A stretch of 64,000 nucleotides of DNA from Woeseiaceae bacterium (GTDB lineage Bacteria; Pseudomonadota; Gammaproteobacteria; Steroidobacterales; Woeseiaceae), in the NCBI GenBank assembly GCA_041574455.1, contig JBFFOM010000006.1, forward strand, positions 1,037 to 65,036, given 5' to 3'. The notes under the pieces were generated by a model that searched no databases, was not told the DNA's origin, and was given only the letters and a program-made list of their open reading frames with translations. How positions within the stretch are numbered: the first letter of the stretch is position 1; each line of letters begins with the position of its first letter. Position numbers and translations under genes: made by a program. This document shows, in pieces, positions 28,344 through 37,771 of this stretch.

Positions 28344-31300
28344 ATGTCGCATAAACTCAGGCTGATCGCATTCGCGATACTGTTCTTTGCGGGCCTTGCC
28401 CATTCCCAGGATTACATTCCCGACGAGCTCGAAGGCTGGCAGCAGTGGGTGCTGCATGACAAGGCCTGGCGGGAATGCCCTTTCTATTTTGACCGTAGCG
28501 CGGCGGAGCGCGGCGATTTCGTGTGCGTATGGCCTGGCGAATTGTCACTCGACGTCAGCGCCAGCGGTGGGCGCTTCTCTCAGGCCTGGACCGTGTACGG
28601 TGAGAACCAGTGGGTCGCGCTGCCAGGCAGTGAGCGCCACTGGCCGGACCGCGTTACGGCCAACGGTCGTGACATTGAGGTCATAAGCCGCAATGGTGTG
28701 CCGAGTGTCAGCCTGGCCCCGGGGCGCTGGCAGCTTGCCGGGCGCTTTGCCTGGGACGAGCGCCCGGGCGTCCTGCGCATTTCGCCACTGAGCGGACTTC
28801 TTGACCTGACCGTAGACGGCGCTGCCGTCGACCGCCCCGACATGAATCGACGGGGCGTATTCCTTGGCGAGCGCGAGGAGGACACGCGCGAAGCCGATGA
28901 AGTGAGCGTCGACGTCTATCGCCTTGTCCAGGATGGGGTTCCGACCGAGCTGCTTACGTTCATGGAGATCGACGTTTCAGGCGGTGTTCGCGAAGAAGAA
29001 TTCGGCCCGGTCCTGCCCGACGGCTTCATTCCCATGGACCTGGTCAGTGACTTGCCGGCACGACTTGAATCGGATGGCAAGCTGCGTCTGCAGGTGCGGC
29101 CGGGTACGTGGGAGATCCGGATCTCGGCCCGCGCTCAGGGTGTTCTCGATGAAATCGTCGCGCCGCCGACGGGCGCCAACCTGCCGGATACAGAAATCTG
29201 GAGTTACCAGTCGAACAATGTGCTCCGCATAACGGCGCCCGAAGGCCTGCCACCTGTGGACCCGTCGCAGGTCTACGTGCCGGAAGACTGGATGGCGCTC
29301 GCCGCCTTCCGCATCGAGCCTGGCTCTGTATTGACGATTGCGGAACGTAGCCGTGGCATGGTTTCGGCCAGCAATGAGCTGCACCTGGACCGCACGATGT
29401 GGCTGGATTTCGCGGGGGACGGGTTTGTCGTTAAGGACGCCGTCAGTGGCAACATGATCACGGACTGGCGCCTCGATCTGGGTGCGCCTTACGCATTGTT
29501 GTCCGCGACAGAATCCGACGAAAGCTTGCTCGTTACGCAGGGCGAGGAGCCGGACAGCACTGGCGTCGAGCTACGTCAAACAGACGTCGAACTGGAGGCG
29601 ATCGGTCGCAGCGAGACACGCGGCCGGATGCCCGCAACGGGCTGGCGCACGCGATTCGCTTCCGTCGTTACGGATCTGAATCTGCCACCCGGGCATAAGC
29701 TCCTGGCAGCCCCTGGCGTGGACAATGCGCGCGGCAGCTGGGTAGAGAACTGGGCCCTGCTTGACTTCTTCCTTGTGCTGATTATCACGATCGGCGTTTG
29801 GCGCCTGTTCAATCCGGTGGCCGGCATCATCGCCTTGCTGGCACTGGTGCTTGGTTTTCACGAGATGCTGGCGCCGAGATGGCTGTGGCTGAACCTGCTC
29901 ATAGCGATCGCATTACTGCGTGTGGCACCACCGGGCAGGTTGTTCCGGCTGGTGCGTGGCTATCAGCTCGTCAGCGCCGTGCTGCTCATTATTGCGCTGG
30001 TCCCGTTCATTGCCGCCCAGGTGCGCATTGCCATCTACCCGCAGCTCGAACCGCAGTTCGCGCGCCCGGCCGTAATGTATGACATGGCAGAGCCCGCCGC
30101 AGTCAGGCCGGACGAGGCGGCGCAGCGAGAGCGTGCTGCAGCGATGAAGGTGGCGCCTGAGAGCGACGTGGTGCTCGAGGAGATCGTGGTCTTGTCCACG
30201 AAGAGGGCGTATTCATTCAGTCGTTACGCGCCGAATGCCATTGTCCAGGCGGGACCCGGGATCCCGGCGTGGCGTTGGAACTCGTACCGGCTGGAGTGGA
30301 GCGGCCCGGTCGACCCCGAGCAGTCAATGCGCCTGGTCGTCCTGCCGCGATGGGCCGTAACGATTATGCGCTTCCTGCTGGTCGCGGTGACCGGGTTGTT
30401 TGCTGCGATCCTGGCGGCCGAGATCGTGAACCGGCGCTGGCGATTGCCCGGCGGATTGACGCTGGGACGACCCGGCGGAGCAAGCGCTGCGGCGCTCGTA
30501 TGTCTGGCCCTCGGGCTGTCGACCGGCGAACCGGCTGTTGCCGAAATGCCGGACAAGGAACTTCTGCAGCAGCTCGAGCAGCGATTGCTCGAGCCGCCCG
30601 CTTGCGTGCCGCGATGTGCGGAGATTGCGGGAGCCACGGTCGATGTTGGCCTCGAGTCAGTCAGGATGGATCTGTCCATCCACGCCAGCGAAGAAGTGGC
30701 GATACCGCTACCGGGATCGGCGAAAGGCTGGCGGCCGACGTCCGTGCTCGTCGACGGTGCCGGGAATACCCGGGTCCTGCGCGGCGCACGCGGTGCGCTC
30801 TGGATCTACGTTACGCCGGGACGTCACCAGGTCTCCCTTGCTGGCGGAATCCCGGCTGTCGACAGCCTCGAGATAGCGTTTCCGACGCCGCCGCGGGTCG
30901 TCGAAGCCAGGGCGAATGGCTGGATGATTACGGGTATCCAGGATCGTCACCTGCCGTCAGGCTCGCTGCAGTTGACGCGTCTGCAGACAGGCGGTGACGA
31001 CGCAGTACGCTGGGAAAGCAGCCGATTTCCGGTGTTCGTGCACGTAACGCGAAGAGTCATGATGGATCTTGACTGGACGGTAGCGACGTTCATCGACCGG
31101 GTTGCGCCCGACGTTGGGGCGCTAACGCTCGAGGTGCCGTTGCTGGACGGCGAATCTGTCGTGAGCGGTGATTTCCAGGTCGAGGATGGCAAGGTGCTCG
31201 TCACGATGGGTCCGAGCCAGGAATCAGTAAGCTGGAACTCCAGGCTGCCACTGACATCGCCGCTGCTGCTGCGCGCCCCCGAAGGGGAGTTCTGGACAGA

Positions 31301-32387
31301 GACCTGGCATTTCGGTGTCGGCAGTATCTGGAATGTTTCGTTCTCCGGCGTGCCGGAGAGCAATGCGGACAATTACAGCAGTGGCGCTCGCCGCACCGAG
31401 TTTGCGCCCAGGGCGGGTGAGGAGCTTGTCGTCACTGCGACGCGGCCGGAAGCCAACGCGGGTTCAACACTCGCTTTCGACGCCGTCGATATCAAGGTCA
31501 CGCATGGCAATCGCAGCAGCGACGTCGAACTGAAGCTCGATTACCGTAGTACTCGCGGTGCGCAACATGTTGTCCGCCTGCCGGCCGACGCCGAAGTGAC
31601 GTCGGCCAGGATCGATGGTCAGAACCAGACCCTGCGCGCAGAGGACGGCGAGTTGACGTTGCCCATATTGCCCGGCGAACACACGGTAGAGATTGCGTGG
31701 CGTGCACCTGGCGGAATGGGATTCAGAACCTGGTCACCTGAAGTTGATCTTGGCGCGCCGGCCGGCAATATCCGGACGAGCCTGTCACGCCCTTCCGATC
31801 GATGGCTGATTGCCACGAGCGGCCCGCAGCTCGGCCCCGCCGTGCTCTACTGGACCGAGCTCGTCGTGCTGCTGCTTGCGGCCGTTATTCTCGGTCGCAT
31901 TCGCCTGGTGCCGCTCGCAACCTGGCAGTGGGTCATCCTTGGCCTCGGTTTCAGCACGTTCAGCTGGGCGGCGCTCGCTGCGGTCGTGGTCTGGCTGTTC
32001 GTCTGCGGTGCGCGCGAGCGTTTCGGCGTCGCTGCACTCAACTGGTGGCAGTTCAACCTCCTGCAGGTGCTTATCGTCGGGCTGACAGTCATAGCGATGC
32101 TGTCCATCATTTCGGCGTTGCCGCAAGGCTTGCTGGGTACGCCAGACATGCACGTGGTCGGCTATGGGTCGCGCGCCGCGCTGCTCAGCTGGTTTGCAGA
32201 TCACAGCGTCGCGGTCCTGCCGCGTGCGTCCCTCATCACGGTTCCGATGTGGATCTACAAAGTGTTGATCCTGGCCTGGGCCCTGTGGCTCAGTTTCGCG
32301 CTGGTGCGCTGGTTGCCCTGGGCCTGGAACTGCTTCACGCGCGATGGTTTCTGGCGCCAGCGGAATGAGGTGAGCGACATCACGTGA
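28344..32387 (+). CDS. Very large (1347 aa) exported polytopic membrane protein of unknown function
   Basis: Uninterrupted ORF with local codon bias. N-terminal signal peptide MSHKLRLIAFAILFFAGLAHS, hydrophobic helix clusters at about aa 468-560, 668-727 and 1165-1325, and large soluble regions between them. I recognise no catalytic motif. Confidence 0.85.
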   Translation: MSHKLRLIAFAILFFAGLAHSQDYIPDELEGWQQWVLHDKAWRECPFYFDRSAAERGDFVCVWPGELSLDVSASGGRFSQAWTVYGENQWVALPGSERHWPDRVTANGRDIEVISRNGVPSVSLAPGRWQLAGRFAWDERPGVLRISPLSGLLDLTVDGAAVDRPDMNRRGVFLGEREEDTREADEVSVDVYRLVQDGVPTELLTFMEIDVSGGVREEEFGPVLPDGFIPMDLVSDLPARLESDGKLRLQVRPGTWEIRISARAQGVLDEIVAPPTGANLPDTEIWSYQSNNVLRITAPEGLPPVDPSQVYVPEDWMALAAFRIEPGSVLTIAERSRGMVSASNELHLDRTMWLDFAGDGFVVKDAVSGNMITDWRLDLGAPYALLSATESDESLLVTQGEEPDSTGVELRQTDVELEAIGRSETRGRMPATGWRTRFASVVTDLNLPPGHKLLAAPGVDNARGSWVENWALLDFFLVLIITIGVWRLFNPVAGIIALLALVLGFHEMLAPRWLWLNLLIAIALLRVAPPGRLFRLVRGYQLVSAVLLIIALVPFIAAQVRIAIYPQLEPQFARPAVMYDMAEPAAVRPDEAAQRERAAAMKVAPESDVVLEEIVVLSTKRAYSFSRYAPNAIVQAGPGIPAWRWNSYRLEWSGPVDPEQSMRLVVLPRWAVTIMRFLLVAVTGLFAAILAAEIVNRRWRLPGGLTLGRPGGASAAALVCLALGLSTGEPAVAEMPDKELLQQLEQRLLEPPACVPRCAEIAGATVDVGLESVRMDLSIHASEEVAIPLPGSAKGWRPTSVLVDGAGNTRVLRGARGALWIYVTPGRHQVSLAGGIPAVDSLEIAFPTPPRVVEARANGWMITGIQDRHLPSGSLQLTRLQTGGDDAVRWESSRFPVFVHVTRRVMMDLDWTVATFIDRVAPDVGALTLEVPLLDGESVVSGDFQVEDGKVLVTMGPSQESVSWNSRLPLTSPLLLRAPEGEFWTETWHFGVGSIWNVSFSGVPESNADNYSSGARRTEFAPRAGEELVVTATRPEANAGSTLAFDAVDIKVTHGNRSSDVELKLDYRSTRGAQHVVRLPADAEVTSARIDGQNQTLRAEDGELTLPILPGEHTVEIAWRAPGGMGFRTWSPEVDLGAPAGNIRTSLSRPSDRWLIATSGPQLGPAVLYWTELVVLLLAAVILGRIRLVPLATWQWVILGLGFSTFSWAALAAVVVWLFVCGARERFGVAALNWWQFNLLQVLIVGLTVIAMLSIISALPQGLLGTPDMHVVGYGSRAALLSWFADHSVAVLPRASLITVPMWIYKVLILAWALWLSFALVRWLPWAWNCFTRDGFWRQRNEVSDIT

Positions 32388-33115
32388 GACGGATGACGGT
32401 TACGGTTGCAGCGGCATCGGTGCTGCTGACGGGCGGTCTTGCGACGGCTGCCGAGTGCGTCGTGTTGCTCCACGGCCTGTCGCGCTCATCCCTGTCGATG
32501 AACAAGATGGAGCGCGAGCTGATTGCGGCCGGATTCGTTACGGCCAATATCGACTATCCGTCGCGCGAGCACACGGTCGAGGAACTGGCCGGGATGGCGG
32601 TGGCCCAGGGTATCGAGGCGTGCCGTGCCCTCGAGGATGTGGAGACGATTCACTTCGTCACGCATTCGCTGGGCGGCATTCTCCTGCGGCAGTATCTCAG
32701 CGAGGAAAACGTCATGGAGCTGGGCCGCGTCGTCATGCTGGGACCGCCCAACCAGGGAAGTGCGGCCGTCGACATACTGGGTGACCTGCCGGGTTTCGAC
32801 TGGGTCAACGGACCTGCCGGCCGTCAATTGGGGCAGGGCGACGACAGTGTGCCGTTGCGCCTGGGGCCCGCCGACTTCGAGCTCGGGGTCATCGCGGGCG
32901 ATCGCACGATCGATCCCGTGACCTCGGCCGTGCTGCCGGATCCTGACGATGGCAAGGTCTCGGTCGAGGACACGAAGCTCGAAGGGATGGCCGACTTCGT
33001 CGTTGTGGGGCACTCGCACGCGTTCATGATGCGCATGCGCAAGGTCATAGACCTCACAATCGAGTTTCTGAGATCAGGGAGTTTCGGTAACCACAGCGGG
33101 GGCGTGACGAGCTAG
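32384..33115 (+). CDS. Secreted alpha/beta hydrolase (lipase/esterase-like, COG1075-type)
   Basis: GTG overlaps the upstream TGA as GTGA; an alternative ATG lies at 32393. Signal-like MRRMTVTVAAASVLLTGGLATA, then VVLLHGL and the HSLGG nucleophile elbow, then MLGPPNQGS. Confidence 0.82.
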   Translation: MRRMTVTVAAASVLLTGGLATAAECVVLLHGLSRSSLSMNKMERELIAAGFVTANIDYPSREHTVEELAGMAVAQGIEACRALEDVETIHFVTHSLGGILLRQYLSEENVMELGRVVMLGPPNQGSAAVDILGDLPGFDWVNGPAGRQLGQGDDSVPLRLGPADFELGVIAGDRTIDPVTSAVLPDPDDGKVSVEDTKLEGMADFVVVGHSHAFMMRMRKVIDLTIEFLRSGSFGNHSGGVTS

Positions 33116-33138
33116 AAGTCCGGTATGAATCACCCGTA

Positions 33139-35991
33139 TCAGGATGCGGTCTTGCGCTCCTTCGTTGCAGGTTTGAGCAGCGGCTTCAGGTACTCTCCGG
33201 TAAACGAACCCCTGGTCGCGGCGACCTCCTCGGGTGAGCCCGCGGCAATAATGCGCCCGCCACCGTCACCGCCTTCAGGGCCGAGATCGACGATCCAGTC
33301 GGCCGTCTTGATGACGTCGAGATTGTGTTCGATCACGACCACGGTATTGCCGTGGTCGCGCAGTCGATGCAAAACGCCGAGCAGCTGCTCGATGTCGTGG
33401 AAGTGCAGTCCGGTCGTTGGTTCGTCGAGGATGTAGAGGGTGTTGCCCGTATCCCGCTTCGAGAGTTCCTTGGCGAGTTTGACCCGCTGGGCCTCGCCGC
33501 CCGACAACGTTGTCGCATTCTGCCCGAGCCGAATATAGGTGAGGCCGACGTCGGTCAGTGTCTGCAGCTTGCGGGCTACGACAGGTACGTTCCTGAAGAA
33601 CTCCGCTGCGTCCTCGACCGTCATCTCGAGCACCTCGTGGATATTCTTGCCTTTGTAGCGTATTTCGAGCGTCTCGCGGTTGTAGCGCTGGCCACGGCAG
33701 ACGTCACAGGGAACGTACACGTCCGGCAGGAAGTGCATTTCGACCTTGATGACGCCGTCGCCCTGGCAGGCTTCGCAGCGGCCGCCCTTGACGTTGAAAC
33801 TGAAGCGGCCGGGCAGATAACCGCGTGAGCGCGCCTCCTGGGTGCCGGCAAACAGTTCGCGAATCGGCGTGAACAGGCCACTGTAGGTCGCGGGATTCGA
33901 GCGTGGTGTGCGCCCGATCGGGGACTGCGAAATATCGATGACCTTGTCAATGTGCTCGAGGCCCTCGACGGCGTCATGGGGCGACGGGTTGCGTGCCGTG
34001 CGGTGCAGTGTCTCGGCGACGGCCTTGTAAAGCGTGTCGTTGACCAGCGTCGACTTACCTGACCCCGACACCCCGGTGACGCAGGTCATCAGGCCGACCG
34101 GGATCTCTGCGTCGACCGCCTGCAGGTTGTTGCCTGTTGCGCCCAGAACGCGGATCTGTCGGTCCGGATCGGAGGGCGTGCGCCTGGACGGTACCTCGAT
34201 CGCGCGCTTGCCCGACAGGTACTGGCCGGTCAGGGACCGTGACTCTTTCTGGATTTCTTCCGGCGGCCCCGCGGCGACGACGCGGCCGCCATGCACGCCC
34301 GCGCCCGGGCCCAGGTCGACGACGTGGTCGGCAGAGAGGATGGCTTCCTGGTCATGCTCGACGACGATCACCGTATTGCCGATGTCCCGGAGGTGGGTCA
34401 GTGTCCCGAGCAGGCGCTTGTTGTCGCGCTGGTGCAGGCCGATCGATGGTTCGTCGAGGATATACATGACGCCGACGAGGCCTGAACCGATCTGGCTCGC
34501 GAGCCGGATTCGTTGCGCCTCGCCGCCCGACAGTGTTTCTGCACTGCGGTCGAGCGACAGGTAATCGAGCCCGACGTCGGAGAGGAATGCGACGCGATCG
34601 GAGATTTCCTTGAGGACTTTTTCTGCGATGGTTGCGCGCCAGCCTTCGAGCTGCATCGTGTTGAAGAACTCCCGCACGTGACCGACCGACAGCCCGGTAA
34701 TCTCGGGTAAGGAGTGATTGTCGATGAACACGTGGCGCGCGGCCCTGTTGAGGCGAGTGCCGTCGCAGTCGGGGCAGGCCTGGCTGTTGAGGAACCTCGC
34801 GAGTTCCTCGCGGACAGCGCTCGACTCGGTCTCCCGATAGCGTCGTTCGAGGTTGGGCAGCACACCTTCGAAGCGATGTGTCTTGCGCACCTGCATACCG
34901 CGCGAGTTGGCATAAAAGAAGTCGATCTTCTCCTTGCCGCTGCCGTACAGGACGATGTTCCGGAGATTCTCGGCCAGTTCGTTGAACGGAGTCTCGATAT
35001 CAAAGCCGTAGTGCTGCGCCAGGCTCTGGATCATCTGGTAGTAATAGGTGGTCTTGCGGTCCCAGCCGCGGATGGCGCCGCCGGCGAGCGACAGCTCCGG
35101 GTTGACGACGACGCGCTCGGGATCGAAGTACTGCTTGACGCCGAGTCCGTCGCAGCCCGGGCATGCGCCTGTCGGGTTGTTGAAGGAAAACAGGCGGGGT
35201 TCCAGTTCGGTCAGGCTGTAACCGCAGATGTTGCAGGCGAAGCGATCGGAAAAAGTGATCTCCTCGGCTTTCGCGTCGTCCATGTACGCGATCTTCGCCA
35301 CGCCATCGGCCAGTCGCAGTGCCGTCTCGAACGACTCGGCCAGCCGCAGCCGCAGGTCCTCCTTGACCTTGAAGCGGTCGACGATGGCCTCGATCGTATG
35401 TTTCTTCCTCAGATCGAGCTCAGGTGGCTGGTCGAGCTCGTAGATTTCACCGTCGATCCGGGCGCGGATAAACCCCTGCGCCTGCAGGTCGGCCATGAGC
35501 TGTACGTGCTCGCCCTTGCGCTCCGCGATCACGGGCGCCAGTAACATGAGCCTGGTGTTCTCGGGGAATTCCAGCACGTGGTCGACCATCTGGCTGACGG
35601 TCTGGGCTTCGAGCGTGATGTTATGGTCCGGACATTTTGGCGTTCCCGCGCGGGCGAACAGAAGGCGCAGGTAGTCGTAGACTTCGGTCACCGTGCCGAC
35701 GGTCGAACGCGGGTTGTGGGACGTGGACTTCTGCTCGATCGAGATCGCCGGCGACAGGCCATCGATGTGATCGACGTCCGGCTTCTCCATCATCGACAGG
35801 AACTGGCGCGCGTAGGCCGATAGGGACTCGACGTAGCGCCGCTGTCCCTCGGCATAAATCGTGTCGAAGGCGAGCGAGGACTTGCCCGACCCCGACAGCC
35901 CGGTAAACACGATCAGCTTGTCGCGCGGGAGCGAGAGGTCGAGGTTCTTGAGGTTATGGGTCCTCGCGCCTCTGATGTCGATGGTTTTCAT
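33139..35991 (-). CDS. uvrA: Excinuclease ABC subunit A
   Basis: Start moved to [53 protein letters not shown] (950 aa). Two ABC modules and Zn-finger Cys clusters, canonical UvrA. Confidence 0.97.
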   Translation of the reverse strand: MKTIDIRGARTHNLKNLDLSLPRDKLIVFTGLSGSGKSSLAFDTIYAEGQRRYVESLSAYARQFLSMMEKPDVDHIDGLSPAISIEQKSTSHNPRSTVGTVTEVYDYLRLLFARAGTPKCPDHNITLEAQTVSQMVDHVLEFPENTRLMLLAPVIAERKGEHVQLMADLQAQGFIRARIDGEIYELDQPPELDLRKKHTIEAIVDRFKVKEDLRLRLAESFETALRLADGVAKIAYMDDAKAEEITFSDRFACNICGYSLTELEPRLFSFNNPTGACPGCDGLGVKQYFDPERVVVNPELSLAGGAIRGWDRKTTYYYQMIQSLAQHYGFDIETPFNELAENLRNIVLYGSGKEKIDFFYANSRGMQVRKTHRFEGVLPNLERRYRETESSAVREELARFLNSQACPDCDGTRLNRAARHVFIDNHSLPEITGLSVGHVREFFNTMQLEGWRATIAEKVLKEISDRVAFLSDVGLDYLSLDRSAETLSGGEAQRIRLASQIGSGLVGVMYILDEPSIGLHQRDNKRLLGTLTHLRDIGNTVIVVEHDQEAILSADHVVDLGPGAGVHGGRVVAAGPPEEIQKESRSLTGQYLSGKRAIEVPSRRTPSDPDRQIRVLGATGNNLQAVDAEIPVGLMTCVTGVSGSGKSTLVNDTLYKAVAETLHRTARNPSPHDAVEGLEHIDKVIDISQSPIGRTPRSNPATYSGLFTPIRELFAGTQEARSRGYLPGRFSFNVKGGRCEACQGDGVIKVEMHFLPDVYVPCDVCRGQRYNRETLEIRYKGKNIHEVLEMTVEDAAEFFRNVPVVARKLQTLTDVGLTYIRLGQNATTLSGGEAQRVKLAKELSKRDTGNTLYILDEPTTGLHFHDIEQLLGVLHRLRDHGNTVVVIEHNLDVIKTADWIVDLGPEGGDGGGRIIAAGSPEEVAATRGSFTGEYLKPLLKPATKERKTAS

Positions 35992-36059
35992 GCGCCGGGT
36001 ACTGAAAGACGAACAACCTGCTAATATACGCCGCCGCGCATCCGCGGCGCAAAGGAACC

Positions 36060-37256
36060 ATGACTTTGGAATCGGAAAGGCCTGACGGCATCGGACTGTA
36101 CCCATCTGAACGCCGTTCGGTGGGCATACTCGCGTCCGTTGCCGTCATTCGCATGTTCGGCTTGTTCGCGCTGTTGCCGGTGCTGTCCCTTTATGCCGCC
36201 GACCTCGAGGGCGGGACGGTGTTCCTGGCCGGCTTTGCGGTCGGGGCGTATGGCCTCACGCAGGCGGGACTGCAGATACCGCTGGGCGCGCTGTCGGACC
36301 GGATCGGTCGCCTGCCCGTCATCTACGGAGGGCTGGCGATTTTTGCGGCTGGCAGCATCGTCGCCGCGCTGTCTGATTCAATCTACGGCGTCATTCTTGG
36401 CCGCCTGCTGCAGGGCGCGGGCGCAATCTCGGCGACGTTGACAGCGATGATTGCTGATGCGACCCGCGAGGAAGTCAGGACGCGCGGCATGGCGATCTTC
36501 GGCGTGGGCATCGGCATCGCGTTCTTCGCCGCTGTGGTTGCCGGCCCCCTGATAGGGGCGCGCTTCGGCGTTTCGGCCCTGTTCTGGCTTGCTGCCGTCC
36601 TTGCGGGCGTCGGGGCATTGCTGCTGCGCGGCCTGCCGGACGTGCCGAGGCCTGCGGCCAGGGAGAACTGGAGTGTTCGGCCGGCATTTCGTGCCGACCT
36701 GTTGCGCATGGATTTCTACGTGTTCGCTCTCCACGTGATCATGACGGCAACCTTCGTGGCTTTGCCATTCCTGCTCGTCGATCGGCTGGAGATGCCGCTC
36801 ACGGATCACTGGAAGATGTATATCGGCGCCATCGTCGTGTCGCTCACGATGACCATTCCGATGATCCTGCAGGACCGACACCAGGGCCGTGGCGTGCTTA
36901 TCGGCCTGGCTGTCACCATGATCATCCTCGCGCAGGTCGGGTTGACGTTCTTCGGTTTTGCCACGTGGTCGGTATTCCTCGCGTTGGTCATCTACTTCGG
37001 TGGGTTCAATTTCCTGGAGGGCGCGTTGCCGGCGAGATTATCCATCCTTGCGGACAACGACGTGCGGGGCGCATCGCTCGGCGCATACTCGACCGCCCAG
37101 TTCTTCGGCGCCTTCGTCGGCGGCCTGATCGGCGGCCGCTTTCTCGGGCAGGGCCGACCCACCGACGTTTTCTTCGTCTGCGCCCTGATTGCCGGTATCT
37201 GGCTGGCATTGGAGGGTTTCGGGCGTTTTCGGGCAGAAAATCACGCTGGCAATTAG
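36060..37256 (+). CDS. MFS transporter
   Basis: 398 aa with about 12 helices. [12 protein letters not shown] is the MFS motif A. It sits between divergent uvrA and ssb, as in Pseudomonas genomes by my recollection. Confidence 0.85.
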   Translation: MTLESERPDGIGLYPSERRSVGILASVAVIRMFGLFALLPVLSLYAADLEGGTVFLAGFAVGAYGLTQAGLQIPLGALSDRIGRLPVIYGGLAIFAAGSIVAALSDSIYGVILGRLLQGAGAISATLTAMIADATREEVRTRGMAIFGVGIGIAFFAAVVAGPLIGARFGVSALFWLAAVLAGVGALLLRGLPDVPRPAARENWSVRPAFRADLLRMDFYVFALHVIMTATFVALPFLLVDRLEMPLTDHWKMYIGAIVVSLTMTIPMILQDRHQGRGVLIGLAVTMIILAQVGLTFFGFATWSVFLALVIYFGGFNFLEGALPARLSILADNDVRGASLGAYSTAQFFGAFVGGLIGGRFLGQGRPTDVFFVCALIAGIWLALEGFGRFRAENHAGN

Positions 37257-37281
37257 CGGCACAGGGCCTACAATAGTCCCC

Positions 37282-37302
37282 CCTCGTCGCAGGCTGACGA
37301 GG
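37282..37302 (+). other. Perfect 7-bp inverted repeat hairpin between the MFS gene and ssb
   Basis: CCTCGTC-GCAGGCT-GACGAGG with no following T-tract, 29 nt upstream of the ssb ATG. Function unknown. Confidence 0.4.
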
Positions 37303-37330
37303 CTATAGGAACTGCAGAACAGGAGCCGAT

Positions 37331-37771
37331 ATGGCCCGCGGAATCAACAAAGTCATCATCGTTGGCAACCTCGGACAGGATCCCGAGACGCGCTACATGC
37401 CAAGTGGCGCGGCCGTTACCAACTTTACGGTCGCAACGAACGAGTCCTGGAAGGACAAGCAGACGGGCGAACAGAAGGAGCGGACCGAGTGGCACCGCGT
37501 TGCCATGTTCAATCGCCTCGCCGAGGTTGCGGCTGAATACCTGCGCAAAGGGTCGCAGGTCTACATCGAAGGCAAGCTCCGTACCCGCAAGTGGCAGGGG
37601 CAGGATGGCCAGGATCGCTACACGACCGAAATCATCGCGGATGAGATGCAGATGCTCGGAGGTCGCGGTGGCGCCAGCGGCGGTGGACCGTCAGGCGGCA
37701 GCCAGCAGGGCGGAGGCAGCGCGCCGCCGCAGCCGGGCCCTGACGATTTCGACGACGATATCCCGTTCTAG
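37331..37771 (+). CDS. ssb: Single-stranded DNA-binding protein
   Basis: 146 aa [40 protein letters not shown]..., a Gly-rich linker and the acidic tail DDFDDDIPF. Confidence 0.97.
   Translation: MARGINKVIIVGNLGQDPETRYMPSGAAVTNFTVATNESWKDKQTGEQKERTEWHRVAMFNRLAEVAAEYLRKGSQVYIEGKLRTRKWQGQDGQDRYTTEIIADEMQMLGGRGGASGGGPSGGSQQGGGSAPPQPGPDDFDDDIPF

Noticed and set aside
33139-36105. Long N-terminal extensions given by the ORF track for uvrA (to 36105). The same occurs for uup (to 28123), miaB (from 38859), ggt (from 16749), cysS (from 49030), hisI (to 49094), nadD (from 53212), yidD (from 50606), ybeY (from 41181), rpsN (from 5881) and rplF (from 6723).
   Set aside because: In each case an internal start yields the canonical family N-terminus (for example [16 protein letters not shown] for UvrA), while the extension overlaps the neighbouring gene or promoter region. 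Coordinates were trimmed accordingly.
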